Shown here piece by piece: positions 1 to 9,257 of a stretch of 20,725 nucleotides of DNA. The stretch lies in contig JAWXCN010000146.1 in assembly GCA_034408725.1 (NCBI GenBank), positions 1-20,725 of the forward strand, in the 5' to 3' direction. The DNA is from Candidatus Hydrogenedentota bacterium (GTDB lineage: Bacteria; Hydrogenedentota; Hydrogenedentia; Hydrogenedentales; SLHB01). The position numbers and the translations under genes were made by a program. The notes below the pieces were generated by a model that had not been told where the DNA came from, did not search any database, and saw only the letters and a list, made by a program, of their open reading frames with translations. The first letter of the stretch is position 1, and every line of letters starts with the position of its first letter.

Positions 1-383
1 CGCGATACATCAACGGCGTCAGTATCGTCAACTGGCCGTTGCGCCGGCTCATCATCAGTAAGTTGGGCACCGCGTACGCGCGCCTGTTGACGCGGCTCCC
101 AATCACCGATTGCACGGGCGGATACAAATGTTACCGGCGCGAGGTGTTGGAGGCCATCGATCTTTCGAGCATCCGGTCGAACGGGTATTGTTTCCAAATC
201 GAGACCAGCTTCCGTGCGTGGCAAAAAGGCTATCGATTAAAGGACGTTCACATCATTTTCTACGAGCGTCAACGCGGCAATTCAAAACTGAATTTGAGCA
301 TCGCGTTTGAGGCCCTCGTCGTCGTCATGCGCCTCGGACTCGAACGCCTGGTGAACCCGCCCGCGCGGCGCACGGCAAACTGA
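1..383 (+). CDS. Polyprenol-phosphate glycosyltransferase (DPM1/Ppm1-like GT2), 5'-truncated by window edge
   Basis: The frame is open from position 3 (RYINGVSIVNWPLRRLIISK...), so the ORF-track start at 39 is not the real start. The motifs DCTGGYKCYRREVL, SNGYCFQIE and FYERQRGNSKL match the C-terminal half of polyprenol monophosphomannose synthase-like GT2 enzymes. The donor sugar cannot be determined. Confidence 0.88.
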   Translation, partial: RYINGVSIVNWPLRRLIISKLGTAYARLLTRLPITDCTGGYKCYRREVLEAIDLSSIRSNGYCFQIETSFRAWQKGYRLKDVHIIFYERQRGNSKLNLSIAFEALVVVMRLGLERLVNPPARRTAN

Positions 384-413
384 ATTCCGGGCATCGCCGG
401 GTCAAACAGATTC

Positions 414-2756
414 ATGGCGGAACGCCACGACATGCGGCCCAGACTAACCCTTAAAGAGACTGCAACACACGCGCTACTGTTGCTTCTTCTCCTTGCGGCG
501 CTTTTCCCAGCGACATTTCTGCGCGGTGAGACCGCGCTACCGGCTGCGTTGTTATTCGATGGCCCGCCCTGGCGCGACCATATGCCGGCGGACCTGCGCC
601 CGTTCAACAACCCTCCGTCGATCGAAGCGTTCATTCTTTTCAATATGTATTTTTCGGTCGCGAAACAGTCTCTTGCGGCCGGCGAATGGCCACTATGGAA
701 TCCGTTCGAGTTCGCGGGCATTCCCCTCCTCGCAAATTATCAAAGCGCAACCGTCTATCCCTTGCGAATCCTGCATGCCCTGCTGCCTGTCCCAATCGCA
801 ACCACGATTTTTATTCTGCTGAAATTGTGGTGCTGTGGAATGACCACGTATGTCTGTGCGCGCGTGATGCTTCTGCGCCGGGCCGCGGCCACCTTCGCAT
901 CAATCGGGTGGATGCTGAGCGGCTACCACCTCGCGTGGGCCTACCATGCCATACCCGACATCAGCGCATGGCTTCCGCTGCTACTGCTAGGCGCGGAATT
1001 TTTCGTAATGGGCCGGCATCGCCGCGGCTTTTTTACAATGACCATCGCCGCGACGCTATTGCTGCTTGCCGGCCATCCGGAGTCCGCGTTTACAGGGGCG
1101 CTGGGCGTAGGCGCGTATTTCTTCATTCGCCTGTTCCAGCGCCGCGCCGCTGTATCCGCCAGGCGCGCGATTCTGTTAGCCAGCGCGAGTTGGGCCATTG
1201 CTCTATCCGTAGCTTCGATCCAGATACTTCCATTTCTCGAATATCTTCCGCGGAGTCATACCTATGTACACCGCGCCGGCGATTCAGGTGCGCAACATTT
1301 TCTTGAGGCCGCCGCCTTTCCCATTTTTTGGGTACCCCGATTCTTCGGGGCGCAACCCGACGGCGCATTTTGGGCGGACGGAATCAACGTTTCATCTTTC
1401 ACGATGATGACGTATGGCGGAATTCCCGTGTTTCTCGCAATCTCGCTGCTGCTTTGCCGGTTTGCCAATCGCATCGCTAAACAGCGTTCGGTAGCGTTTG
1501 CAGTTCCCACCTGCGTATTTCTTTTGATGGCATTTCGCGCGCCCGTCATCGAACCTGTCTTCAAGCTTCCGCCTTTCAACTCGACCTGGGGAAGCTGGCA
1601 TCTCATCTTTCCCATGATGGCTTTCTGTTTTCTCGGCGCAATCGGGCTGGACCATTGGCTCAGCCGGCCGAGACGTTTCCGGGAACTGTGGCCTACGTTC
1701 TTGGTGGTCGTTTTGGTCTGCGCCGCAATTGCTTTTCGATTTCAATTGGACCGGCAACTGCTAATACTTCAGAATCACGAAACCTACGTCCTAACGCAGT
1801 TAGGCATTGCCGCATTCGTCTGTGCCGCTTCACTCGTCTTGATTGCAGTGCATACGCTTTCGCGCGGCCAGCGTATCGTTGCGCCAGCGCTTTGCATGCT
1901 CCTTGCGCTCGACCTGCTTTGGGCGGCACGCGGCTTAGCTGGCGCCAGCCCTGCCTCGCACGTACTCTTTCCAACGCCACTCACGCGACACCTTCAGCAA
2001 CTTGCTCCCGCCACGCGCATTAACGCAGCGTCGGCAGGAATAATGGCGGGGCTTCTTCAACCCTTCGGCATAGACGAACTCCACGCGTACGACGGCATCC
2101 TGCCTGCTCGAATGTGGTCGTTTCTGGGGGGTATCAGTGGGGAAACCCGGTCCCGCCTGGAACCATTGACTGGAGTATCGTACTACCTGCATGATCCCGC
2201 GCTAAAACCGACTTTTGATCTCGCGGATTCAAACCGGTTTACGTTCGACACCACGATCGATGGAGTGGCGATTTACAAAGACAACCATGCGTTTCCCCGC
2301 GCCTTTCTTGTAAACCACACAGAAACCTGCGAAACGCCGGACGAATTGTTTGCGCGCCTGCGCGATCCGTCGTTTGAGCCGCGCCGGACAGCCCTGCTGG
2401 AAACCGAATTTAGCGCTTCAATAACTGATGCAGACGAGGAGACCGGCGACGCGTCCATTGTCGCGAGATCATTCAACGCCATGAAGGTCAAAGTCGAATC
2501 ACAGGGAAATGCGCTGCTCGTTGTCACAGACGCGTACTATCCGGGTTGGACCGCCTCTATTGACGGGCGATCAACTGACATCATTCCCGCTTACCACGCA
2601 TTCCGCGGCGTCGCCGTTCCTCCTGGCCAACACACGGTCGAGTTTCAGTATCGCCCGAAATCGTTTCAATTCGGCCTCGCAATATCCTGCGTAGTGCTCG
2701 TCTTCGGCAACCTTTTCGCACTCTATACTTTGCGCGCGAGAAAAACCCGTGCGTAG
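414..2756 (+). CDS. YfhO-family (GT-C fold) multi-pass membrane glycosyltransferase, paralogue 1
   Basis: 780 aa with many TM segments. Motifs WPLWNPFEFAGIPLLANYQS, LLAGHPE, AYDGI, FPRAFL and DAYYPGW..A...G.H.VEFQYRP, followed by a final TM helix. Alternative ATG at 432. Confidence 0.85.
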   Translation: MAERHDMRPRLTLKETATHALLLLLLLAALFPATFLRGETALPAALLFDGPPWRDHMPADLRPFNNPPSIEAFILFNMYFSVAKQSLAAGEWPLWNPFEFAGIPLLANYQSATVYPLRILHALLPVPIATTIFILLKLWCCGMTTYVCARVMLLRRAAATFASIGWMLSGYHLAWAYHAIPDISAWLPLLLLGAEFFVMGRHRRGFFTMTIAATLLLLAGHPESAFTGALGVGAYFFIRLFQRRAAVSARRAILLASASWAIALSVASIQILPFLEYLPRSHTYVHRAGDSGAQHFLEAAAFPIFWVPRFFGAQPDGAFWADGINVSSFTMMTYGGIPVFLAISLLLCRFANRIAKQRSVAFAVPTCVFLLMAFRAPVIEPVFKLPPFNSTWGSWHLIFPMMAFCFLGAIGLDHWLSRPRRFRELWPTFLVVVLVCAAIAFRFQLDRQLLILQNHETYVLTQLGIAAFVCAASLVLIAVHTLSRGQRIVAPALCMLLALDLLWAARGLAGASPASHVLFPTPLTRHLQQLAPATRINAASAGIMAGLLQPFGIDELHAYDGILPARMWSFLGGISGETRSRLEPLTGVSYYLHDPALKPTFDLADSNRFTFDTTIDGVAIYKDNHAFPRAFLVNHTETCETPDELFARLRDPSFEPRRTALLETEFSASITDADEETGDASIVARSFNAMKVKVESQGNALLVVTDAYYPGWTASIDGRSTDIIPAYHAFRGVAVPPGQHTVEFQYRPKSFQFGLAISCVVLVFGNLFALYTLRARKTRA

Positions 2757-5091
2757 ACAGTCCTCGATCAAAGAATTACTGGGACATGCGGCGCTATTGC
2801 TGCTGATCTTGTGCGCGGTGTTCCCTCGCACGATGCTGCTCGGAGAAATGGTCCATCCCGGTGGACTTCTGTTCGATACTGCCCCGTGGAGTCATCACGC
2901 GCCGCCGGGATTGGAACAACCACCGAACTGGGTGACTGTCGAATACCTGACTTGCTTCCATTCGTTCTATACCGCCGCGAAACTATCGCTTCAGGAGAGC
3001 GAATGGCCACTGTGGAACCCCTATGAATTCTCCGGCATGCCCCTTCTTGCGAATTATCAAAGTACAGTCTTTTATCCCCCGCGCCTGCTCCACATGCTTC
3101 TCGACGTTGCCGTCGCATCAACGATACTGATGATCTTGAAATTCTGGCTCTGCGGCATGACCGCGTACCTCTACGGGCGCGGCATTGGTCTTGGCATCTG
3201 GGCCTCACGTTTCTTATCCGTCGCATGGATGCTCTCGAGCTACAATCTCATCTGGTGTTATTGGCCAATCCCGGATGTGAGCGCATGGTTGCCGCTGCTC
3301 ATGCTCGGCATTGAACGCCTCGTACAAGGGCGAACGCGAAAAGGATTCGCAACACTCGTCGTTGCCACAACCCTCCTGCTTCTCGCAGGGCATCCGGAAA
3401 CTGCTTTCGTGGCCGGGCTCGGCGCCGGGATGTACCTCGTCTGTCGCGTCGTGTTTGAGCGGCGGCGCGGAAAGGCGCTTTGGACGCCGCTCGTGGCGGC
3501 CCTCGCCGCCTGGGCCCCGGCTATCTTGCTCCTCTCTGCTCTATTGCTTCCTTTCGGAGAGTATCTGTTCCAAAGCCAAGAGTATGGCCAGCGCAGCCGC
3601 GGACTGGGCGAATCCCACGCCTTCAATATTTCCAGCGCGATTGCCATGTTCATTCCCCGTTATTTCGGCGCCGAAGCGGACAACAATCGCTGGGGCGACA
3701 TGGTCCACACGTTTCAGGGAATGATGTATGCGGGACTGGTGGTTTGGCTGGGCATTTTCCTGCTGTTTTCACGGCGCAGTGGAAACAACGCGCGTGTTGC
3801 CGCATTGTTAATCCCCGCGGCCGGGTTGTTTGCCTTGGCATTCAATATTCAGTTCCTGCAACGCATTCATGCGCTCCCCGTCATGAGCTCCATGTGGCAA
3901 TGTTATTTTACGGCCTTCCCCATGTTCGCAATGCCCGTGCTTGCCGCGATTGGGCTGGACAGGTTTCTTTCCGAACGCGGAAAAGCTCGACACCTGGTTC
4001 CGCCGCTGGCAGCACTGCTTCTCGGCGCTCTAATCATCGTTGGTTATATCAGTATTGATGCTGGCTTACTAAAGACCCTGCAAGTCGCGGACTACGTGCA
4101 TGGCCAGATCATTGTCGCCGCGTTAACTGTTGCTTTGGGAACAGCGCTTCTTTGCGTACACTGCCTGTGGCAACGCGCCACGTTTATCTGGGCTGGCCTG
4201 ATTCTGTTGCTCGTATTCGATCTCGTATATGCAACCCGCGATCTTAGGGCATCAATACCACGGTCTGCGCTGCTCTACGAGACGCCGTTGCTCAACTACC
4301 TGCAAAATTTGGAACAACCTGCGCGCGTCAACGCCGTGTCTGGCGGAATTCTTCCAGGTTTCATGCTTCCCTACGGTATCGAGGAGCACTGGGGACACGA
4401 CGGAATATATCCGCGACGCATTGTGACGTTCTACGGGCGTTTGGGTGAAAATATTTGGACGGCCATGGAACCTGCGTGCGCCATTACACACTACCTCCGC
4501 AAAGTCGATGACCCGCAACCAGGTTTTCCGTTTCAAGACAGCAGCCGGTTTCGATTGGCAACAACGCTTGATGGTATCGAGGTTTACGAGAACCTGCGCG
4601 CATTGCCTCGTGCCTATCTTGTTGCAAACGTCGAATCGATCAGCGGCGTCGACGCCCTCTTTGATCGCATGAGCAGTCCAGCCTTTGATCCCGCCAAGAC
4701 CGCGCTCGTCGAAACGCCGATCAATTTTGATGGTTCAGAGGGAGCAGTGGGTGGCTCGGCCCGCATTGTGTTCCGCACGTCCACTCGCGTCCACCTGGAC
4801 GTAAACGCAAATAAACCCGCGGTGCTCATCCTCGCCGATGCCTACTATCCCGGTTGGAAAGCCACAGTAAATGGAACTCCCACAGAAATCTTCCCCGTCA
4901 ATCACACGTTCCGCGGAATCGTGGTTCCCTCTGGCGCCCACCGGGTGGAATTTACGTACTTCCCCACCAGTTTCAAAATTGGATTGTCTGTTTCCATCAT
5001 GGCGATGCTGATTGCCTCATGCTTGGCTATCATCCTGCTGTTGCGCGCGTCGCGCCCGGCGCGCGTTTCCTCAGCAACAACAACGCTATAA
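2749..5091 (+). CDS. YfhO-family (GT-C fold) membrane glycosyltransferase, paralogue 2
   Basis: 780 aa; the GTG start overlaps the paralogue 1 stop by 8 nt. Motifs WPLWNPYEFSGMPLLANYQS, LLAGHPE, GHDGIYP, LPRAYL and DAYYPGWKA; collinear with paralogue 1. Confidence 0.85.
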   Translation: MRRQSSIKELLGHAALLLLILCAVFPRTMLLGEMVHPGGLLFDTAPWSHHAPPGLEQPPNWVTVEYLTCFHSFYTAAKLSLQESEWPLWNPYEFSGMPLLANYQSTVFYPPRLLHMLLDVAVASTILMILKFWLCGMTAYLYGRGIGLGIWASRFLSVAWMLSSYNLIWCYWPIPDVSAWLPLLMLGIERLVQGRTRKGFATLVVATTLLLLAGHPETAFVAGLGAGMYLVCRVVFERRRGKALWTPLVAALAAWAPAILLLSALLLPFGEYLFQSQEYGQRSRGLGESHAFNISSAIAMFIPRYFGAEADNNRWGDMVHTFQGMMYAGLVVWLGIFLLFSRRSGNNARVAALLIPAAGLFALAFNIQFLQRIHALPVMSSMWQCYFTAFPMFAMPVLAAIGLDRFLSERGKARHLVPPLAALLLGALIIVGYISIDAGLLKTLQVADYVHGQIIVAALTVALGTALLCVHCLWQRATFIWAGLILLLVFDLVYATRDLRASIPRSALLYETPLLNYLQNLEQPARVNAVSGGILPGFMLPYGIEEHWGHDGIYPRRIVTFYGRLGENIWTAMEPACAITHYLRKVDDPQPGFPFQDSSRFRLATTLDGIEVYENLRALPRAYLVANVESISGVDALFDRMSSPAFDPAKTALVETPINFDGSEGAVGGSARIVFRTSTRVHLDVNANKPAVLILADAYYPGWKATVNGTPTEIFPVNHTFRGIVVPSGAHRVEFTYFPTSFKIGLSVSIMAMLIASCLAIILLLRASRPARVSSATTTL

Positions 5092-7399
5092 AACTCGTGA
5101 TCAGCAACGACAGCGTCGAGATTCCGAGACCGGCGTAAAACGAACGCGGCCGGTAATGATAGTCGACAATATGTTTGCCCTTCGGAAAAACGATGCCTCG
5201 AAACCCGTGATATAAAGGAAACACTTCAACTTCGTTCCCGTCCACGTATGCCCGCCAACCGGGATAGAAAGCTTCCGATAAAAATAAAACACAGTCCTCC
5301 AGCGCCTCGCCTTCAACAGTGACTTTGGTAGTTGTGCGCGATACCACGCGAGCGTCGCCCAAGGCAGTCGTTGATGCTTTAGGCAATTCCCGCGTGGGCG
5401 GTTGGTCGGTCAGCCCTGTAACGCGTGAATCGAAACCAGGCGCCTCCATCATTGAAAACAGCGCTGCCGCGTCCGGTGCGGTCTGTACCTCGCGTAAAAA
5501 AAACGTTCGAGGATATGCGCGGCGGTCCTTCACAACATCCAGTTTATCCAGCGTCGTCACCAGTTCAAACCGCTCCAGATTCGCCGCAAGACTGTCCTCT
5601 CCGGTAGGAAAAATGTAGTAATCAACCGCAAGCAAGGGCTCAAGCTGGCTCCATACGCCCTCGCGAGACGCTTGGTGAAGCACTTCCATGATGCGGTTCG
5701 GATAAATGCCGTCATATCCCCACAGTTCTTCGATGCCATATGGCACCATTGCGTTGGGCCGAATATCTTTCACGCTGATGCTGTCTACCCGGCACGGCTT
5801 CGGCTGCGCCTGCAACCATTGGGTCAATTGCGTGTCGGGATACATGTGCTCGCGGGGGCAGACCGGCAACTGGTTTCGCGTCGCAATTAAGAGGTCAACG
5901 CAAAGGGCAACCGCCAACAGGTTCGCAAGCACCACAGGTTTTCGCACGAAACAGTGCAAGGCTACAATAACGAATGCTATCCCCAACGCTCCAAACGCGC
6001 GGGCGTATTGGAAAGCGATGTAGCCCTCCAGCTTTGCGATCCTGAAAAAGGAAGCGTAGAACAAATAAAACCCGGCGCAAATAATGATAATGACCGCGAT
6101 GGGCATCGCGACGCGTAAAAGTTCCCTCGGCCTGCGCGGTTGCTGAAACCAGTTATCCATTCCAAGCGCGCCCAACAGCGGCACGGCAAACATCGCGAAC
6201 GCGACATGGTGTACGCCCCACATCGATCCGAGAAAAGGAATGACGCGGTAAAATTGGAGCGTCGGAAATTCGACAGCGAGAAGCACGCCCAAAATCGCGG
6301 GCGCCGCAAGGCACAACGCACGCGACGCTAGCGGTGAGTTCGCGGACCGCTTCGTGAACAAGGCCGCAATTCCAACCCACGCGACGATCCCGCCATAGAG
6401 CAATCCCGTGAACTGCGAATTCTCATGCTGGTTCTGCGCGCCCCAGAACGTGCCATCCCCGTTGAATCCTATAAACCGTTGTATCCATAACGAAATGAGC
6501 GCCAGAGGCCGCATGAACTGGGTGCGCTCGTCGCCGGCATGCCGCGCCGCCATCGTGTAACTGTTCATGCAGTACTCGACGAACGGAATGACGATGATCG
6601 CGCTAACCAACAACGCCACGAACCAGGCTAGCCCCGCCAACCCAATCTTGTTCGCGACGGCCCGCTCCCATCTTCGATCGATTGCAAGCCGCATAAAAAA
6701 ATACATTCCGAGACCTGCGCCCATTGCGAATGCCGACTCCGGGTGCCCGCCGAGCAGCATCAACGTCGCGCCGAGACTCAGCGCAAAGAATCCCTTCACG
6801 TAGCGGTTTTGCAACAGCCTTTCGACGCCCAGGAAAGCCATCGGCAACCAGGCCGCCACGTCGGTCAATGGCCATTGAAGCCAGTTCATGCAAAAACCGG
6901 AAACCATCCAGCCAAATGACAAAAACCGTGCACTGGCGCGCGTTAGGCCCATGCCGCGGCCGCACACGTACGCGGTCATGCCGCAAATCCATATCTTCGC
7001 CAAGATGAACAACGTCGCTGCCGTATACAGATCGAACAGGACAAAAAATATCCGCGCAGGATAGAAGACTACGCTTTGATAATTCGCGTGCAGGGGCAAG
7101 CCGGTCATCTCATGCGCGTTCCACAGCGGCCACTCGCCATGCTCGATTGCTTCGACGAATATCCAACTCCAGGTGAAAAACGTGATGAGAGATTCGGCAC
7201 AGTTGAAATTTTTGACCGGCTCATAGCCGGGTGGCTGGTACTGTTGCCAGGGATCGGATTCGTAAATAAAGTAACCGGGCAACGCGACGTCTCCACGAAG
7301 GAAAACGGTTGGAAACAGGCAGACGACTACAAGCAACGCCAAAAAAGCGTGCAGCCCCACTTCGCGCCATGTCAGTCTGCTGTCATTGGACCCTTGCAC
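5030..7399 (-). CDS. YfhO-family (GT-C fold) membrane glycosyltransferase, paralogue 3
   Basis: 789 aa, GTG start. Motifs WPLWNAHEMTGLPLHANYQS, LLGGHPE, GYDGIYP, YPRTFF and EAFYPGWRA; collinear with the two + strand paralogues. Confidence 0.85.
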   Translation of the reverse strand: MQGSNDSRLTWREVGLHAFLALLVVVCLFPTVFLRGDVALPGYFIYESDPWQQYQPPGYEPVKNFNCAESLITFFTWSWIFVEAIEHGEWPLWNAHEMTGLPLHANYQSVVFYPARIFFVLFDLYTAATLFILAKIWICGMTAYVCGRGMGLTRASARFLSFGWMVSGFCMNWLQWPLTDVAAWLPMAFLGVERLLQNRYVKGFFALSLGATLMLLGGHPESAFAMGAGLGMYFFMRLAIDRRWERAVANKIGLAGLAWFVALLVSAIIVIPFVEYCMNSYTMAARHAGDERTQFMRPLALISLWIQRFIGFNGDGTFWGAQNQHENSQFTGLLYGGIVAWVGIAALFTKRSANSPLASRALCLAAPAILGVLLAVEFPTLQFYRVIPFLGSMWGVHHVAFAMFAVPLLGALGMDNWFQQPRRPRELLRVAMPIAVIIIICAGFYLFYASFFRIAKLEGYIAFQYARAFGALGIAFVIVALHCFVRKPVVLANLLAVALCVDLLIATRNQLPVCPREHMYPDTQLTQWLQAQPKPCRVDSISVKDIRPNAMVPYGIEELWGYDGIYPNRIMEVLHQASREGVWSQLEPLLAVDYYIFPTGEDSLAANLERFELVTTLDKLDVVKDRRAYPRTFFLREVQTAPDAAALFSMMEAPGFDSRVTGLTDQPPTRELPKASTTALGDARVVSRTTTKVTVEGEALEDCVLFLSEAFYPGWRAYVDGNEVEVFPLYHGFRGIVFPKGKHIVDYHYRPRSFYAGLGISTLSLLITSFIALLLLRKRAPGATRATAG

Positions 7400-7443
7400 G
7401 AAAATTCCGGCCCCCTGGTGTCAGAGCACCCCCCCAACAAGCC

Positions 7444-8874
7444 CTAAAGCAATGTCCCATCGGGCAGGATGCAAATGTTGGCGTCCTTTTCCGGAAAGGT
7501 CAATTGGTTTGCCTTTTCGAGGAACTCATCTTTGGAGAGCGCGAACCGCGGGCTAATTTCGATTTCGATTGCATCAGCGCCATCGGAACGCCGCGATACT
7601 TTATGTCCCGCCGCTTCGATCCAATCCGCCCAATACTCCCGCATTGAACGCCACGCTTCTTCGACGCTGTTCTCGCCGCTAAACTGCTTTATCGGTGTGT
7701 ACTCGCCGGCGCGTGGGATTTCAAGCGCGATGGGATCGTGAACCGTGAACCGCAAGGCATCGAAGACAAACGTCTCGAACTTGTATCCATTCGGTTTGTC
7801 CGGTTTCACCATCGCGCCGGAAAGATCGATATAAGGAATCTTCTTGTGCGCACGATGCCACGGAAACTCCCGGAAATTCTTGTAAACGCGCTCGACAAAC
7901 TCCACGGACATAATGTGAATGGCGGGATTCCCGGCGTAATAAACGGGCCTGCCGTTCGCGTCTGTTTCGAGCAGTTGCGGATAGATATCGAGCTCGCTGT
8001 ATTCGATCGTGCGATATTGGCCATCGCAGATGCAGTGTACGCCGACTGATTCGCGCGGCTCGGTCTTCCGGTGAATTTTGGATGACATCTCGCCGCCACG
8101 CAGTACGTGGTATCCAATGAAAAATGGATCGGCAACCTTCAGTGTCCAGTTGTCAACCTGAAAATAGCTGAGCGTATCCACGCCCCGCCGGCGCGCATCC
8201 TCGGCAATACCGCTGTCGACAACCGCGAGAATTGTCCCACCGTGCCCATTCGGGTTCATCGCGATGGAATGCCGGGATTCGAGCATGAATTTACCTTGAT
8301 CATCCATGCACGGGACCATGCGTTGTGTGAAAAATGTCACGTCTTTTTTATTCAACCCAAAGAAATCGTGCTCGTCAAAAAAAACGCGGGTCGCCGCTTC
8401 GTTGGTGTCGCTGACCATGATGTACCACGGCAACGTGCATCCATAGCGGCGTTGCGTGTTGTGGATTTTTTCGGCGTGAAACGCGAATAACGAACGCTTG
8501 GACACCGGGCCTATGGGATACGCGCCCTTCGGCCCGTCAAATCCCAGGCGAGTGCCCTGCCCTCCCGCGACCAGCAGCAGGCCAACGCGCCCCGCGCGCA
8601 ACGCAGCTTCCCCGGTGTCCCATGCTTCACGCGCGTCGTCTTGGGTACGGTCAGCCTGTGGAATGGTTGGAACCGGTTTTATCACGGAAAACCGTTCCGC
8701 CGGCGGTTCATTCAGAATCCACTCATCCGCAAGGCGTTTCATCAGATCGAGTTCAATTGACTCGATCTGGGCCAGCAAGCCCGCCTGTTCTACATCCGAA
8801 AGTCCGGCCCAGAAACGGAGAATGTGTTCCTGTTCGTATTGCGACAGATTCGACAAGGCTTCTTTATAGTTCAT
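7444..8874 (-). CDS. UDPGP type 1 family nucleotidyltransferase (eukaryote-like UDP-N-acetylhexosamine pyrophosphorylase, UAP1/AGX-type)
   Basis: 476 aa. Motifs QEHILRFW, LVAGGQGTRLGFDGPKG, PWYIM, PNGHGG, QVDN, IEYSE, AGNPAIH, KPNGYKFETFVFDAL and PIK. It lacks the hexapeptide-repeat acetyltransferase domain, so it is not GlmU. Confidence 0.9.
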   Translation of the reverse strand: MNYKEALSNLSQYEQEHILRFWAGLSDVEQAGLLAQIESIELDLMKRLADEWILNEPPAERFSVIKPVPTIPQADRTQDDAREAWDTGEAALRAGRVGLLLVAGGQGTRLGFDGPKGAYPIGPVSKRSLFAFHAEKIHNTQRRYGCTLPWYIMVSDTNEAATRVFFDEHDFFGLNKKDVTFFTQRMVPCMDDQGKFMLESRHSIAMNPNGHGGTILAVVDSGIAEDARRRGVDTLSYFQVDNWTLKVADPFFIGYHVLRGGEMSSKIHRKTEPRESVGVHCICDGQYRTIEYSELDIYPQLLETDANGRPVYYAGNPAIHIMSVEFVERVYKNFREFPWHRAHKKIPYIDLSGAMVKPDKPNGYKFETFVFDALRFTVHDPIALEIPRAGEYTPIKQFSGENSVEEAWRSMREYWADWIEAAGHKVSRRSDGADAIEIEISPRFALSKDEFLEKANQLTFPEKDANICILPDGTLL

Positions 8875-8883
8875 TCGGCGTGC

Positions 8884-9249
8884 TTACTTGTTCCGGATTT
8901 GTCCGAAAATACCCATGCGCTGGCGCTGTTCCTTATTCGGAAGCAGGCCGGGTTTTGCGCCGTCGGGCAGTTCGAATTTTGACCCGCAGGTGTCGCACAT
9001 TCCATAGTCAAATCCCGGTTGTTCCAGAAACTCCGCGCAATGGGGACACTGGGGCTGGAAACTCTGATAAAGTTGTCCTGAGTTCTCGAATGCCGCGCCA
9101 CATCCCGTGCATTGCCGCACCATGGCGGCGCGCCGCCAGCACTTGGTGAACATCTGATCTGAATCGCAAATCCGGCAAAAAGCCCGGCGTCCCACAAGCG
9201 GGTGAATCGGCTGGCCCGCGCCTTTGTCCTTCTTCCCAAAAAATAACAA
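8884..9249 (-). CDS. Small Cys-rich putative double zinc-ribbon protein, function unknown
   Basis: 121 aa with four CxxC motifs (C25/28, C47/50, C68/71, C85/88) plus C37. The TTG start follows AGGAG (TAGGAG-TTCAG-TTG), which overlaps the upstream stop. It fills the gap with 8-9 nt spacing to both neighbours. Confidence 0.78.
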   Translation of the reverse strand: MLFFGKKDKGAGQPIHPLVGRRAFCRICDSDQMFTKCWRRAAMVRQCTGCGAAFENSGQLYQSFQPQCPHCAEFLEQPGFDYGMCDTCGSKFELPDGAKPGLLPNKEQRQRMGIFGQIRNK

Positions 9250-9257
9250 CTGAACTC

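Noticed and set aside
5496-5503. A8 homopolymer in YfhO3 (also 8377-8384 in the UAP) as a phase-variation tract
   Set aside because: The tracts are short, in frame and encode Phe-Phe; a similar A8 occurs in housekeeping pstA (17451-17458).
414-7399. YfhO copies as a recent DNA repeat or assembly duplication
   Set aside because: Similarity is at the level of protein motifs with extensive divergence, indicating old paralogues with intact frames.
8871-9239. Alternative-frame 122-aa - strand ORF ending in an ATGA overlap with the UAP start
   Set aside because: It has no well-spaced SD and no motif, and the TGA arises automatically from ATG-AAC. The 4xCxxC frame is far better supported.
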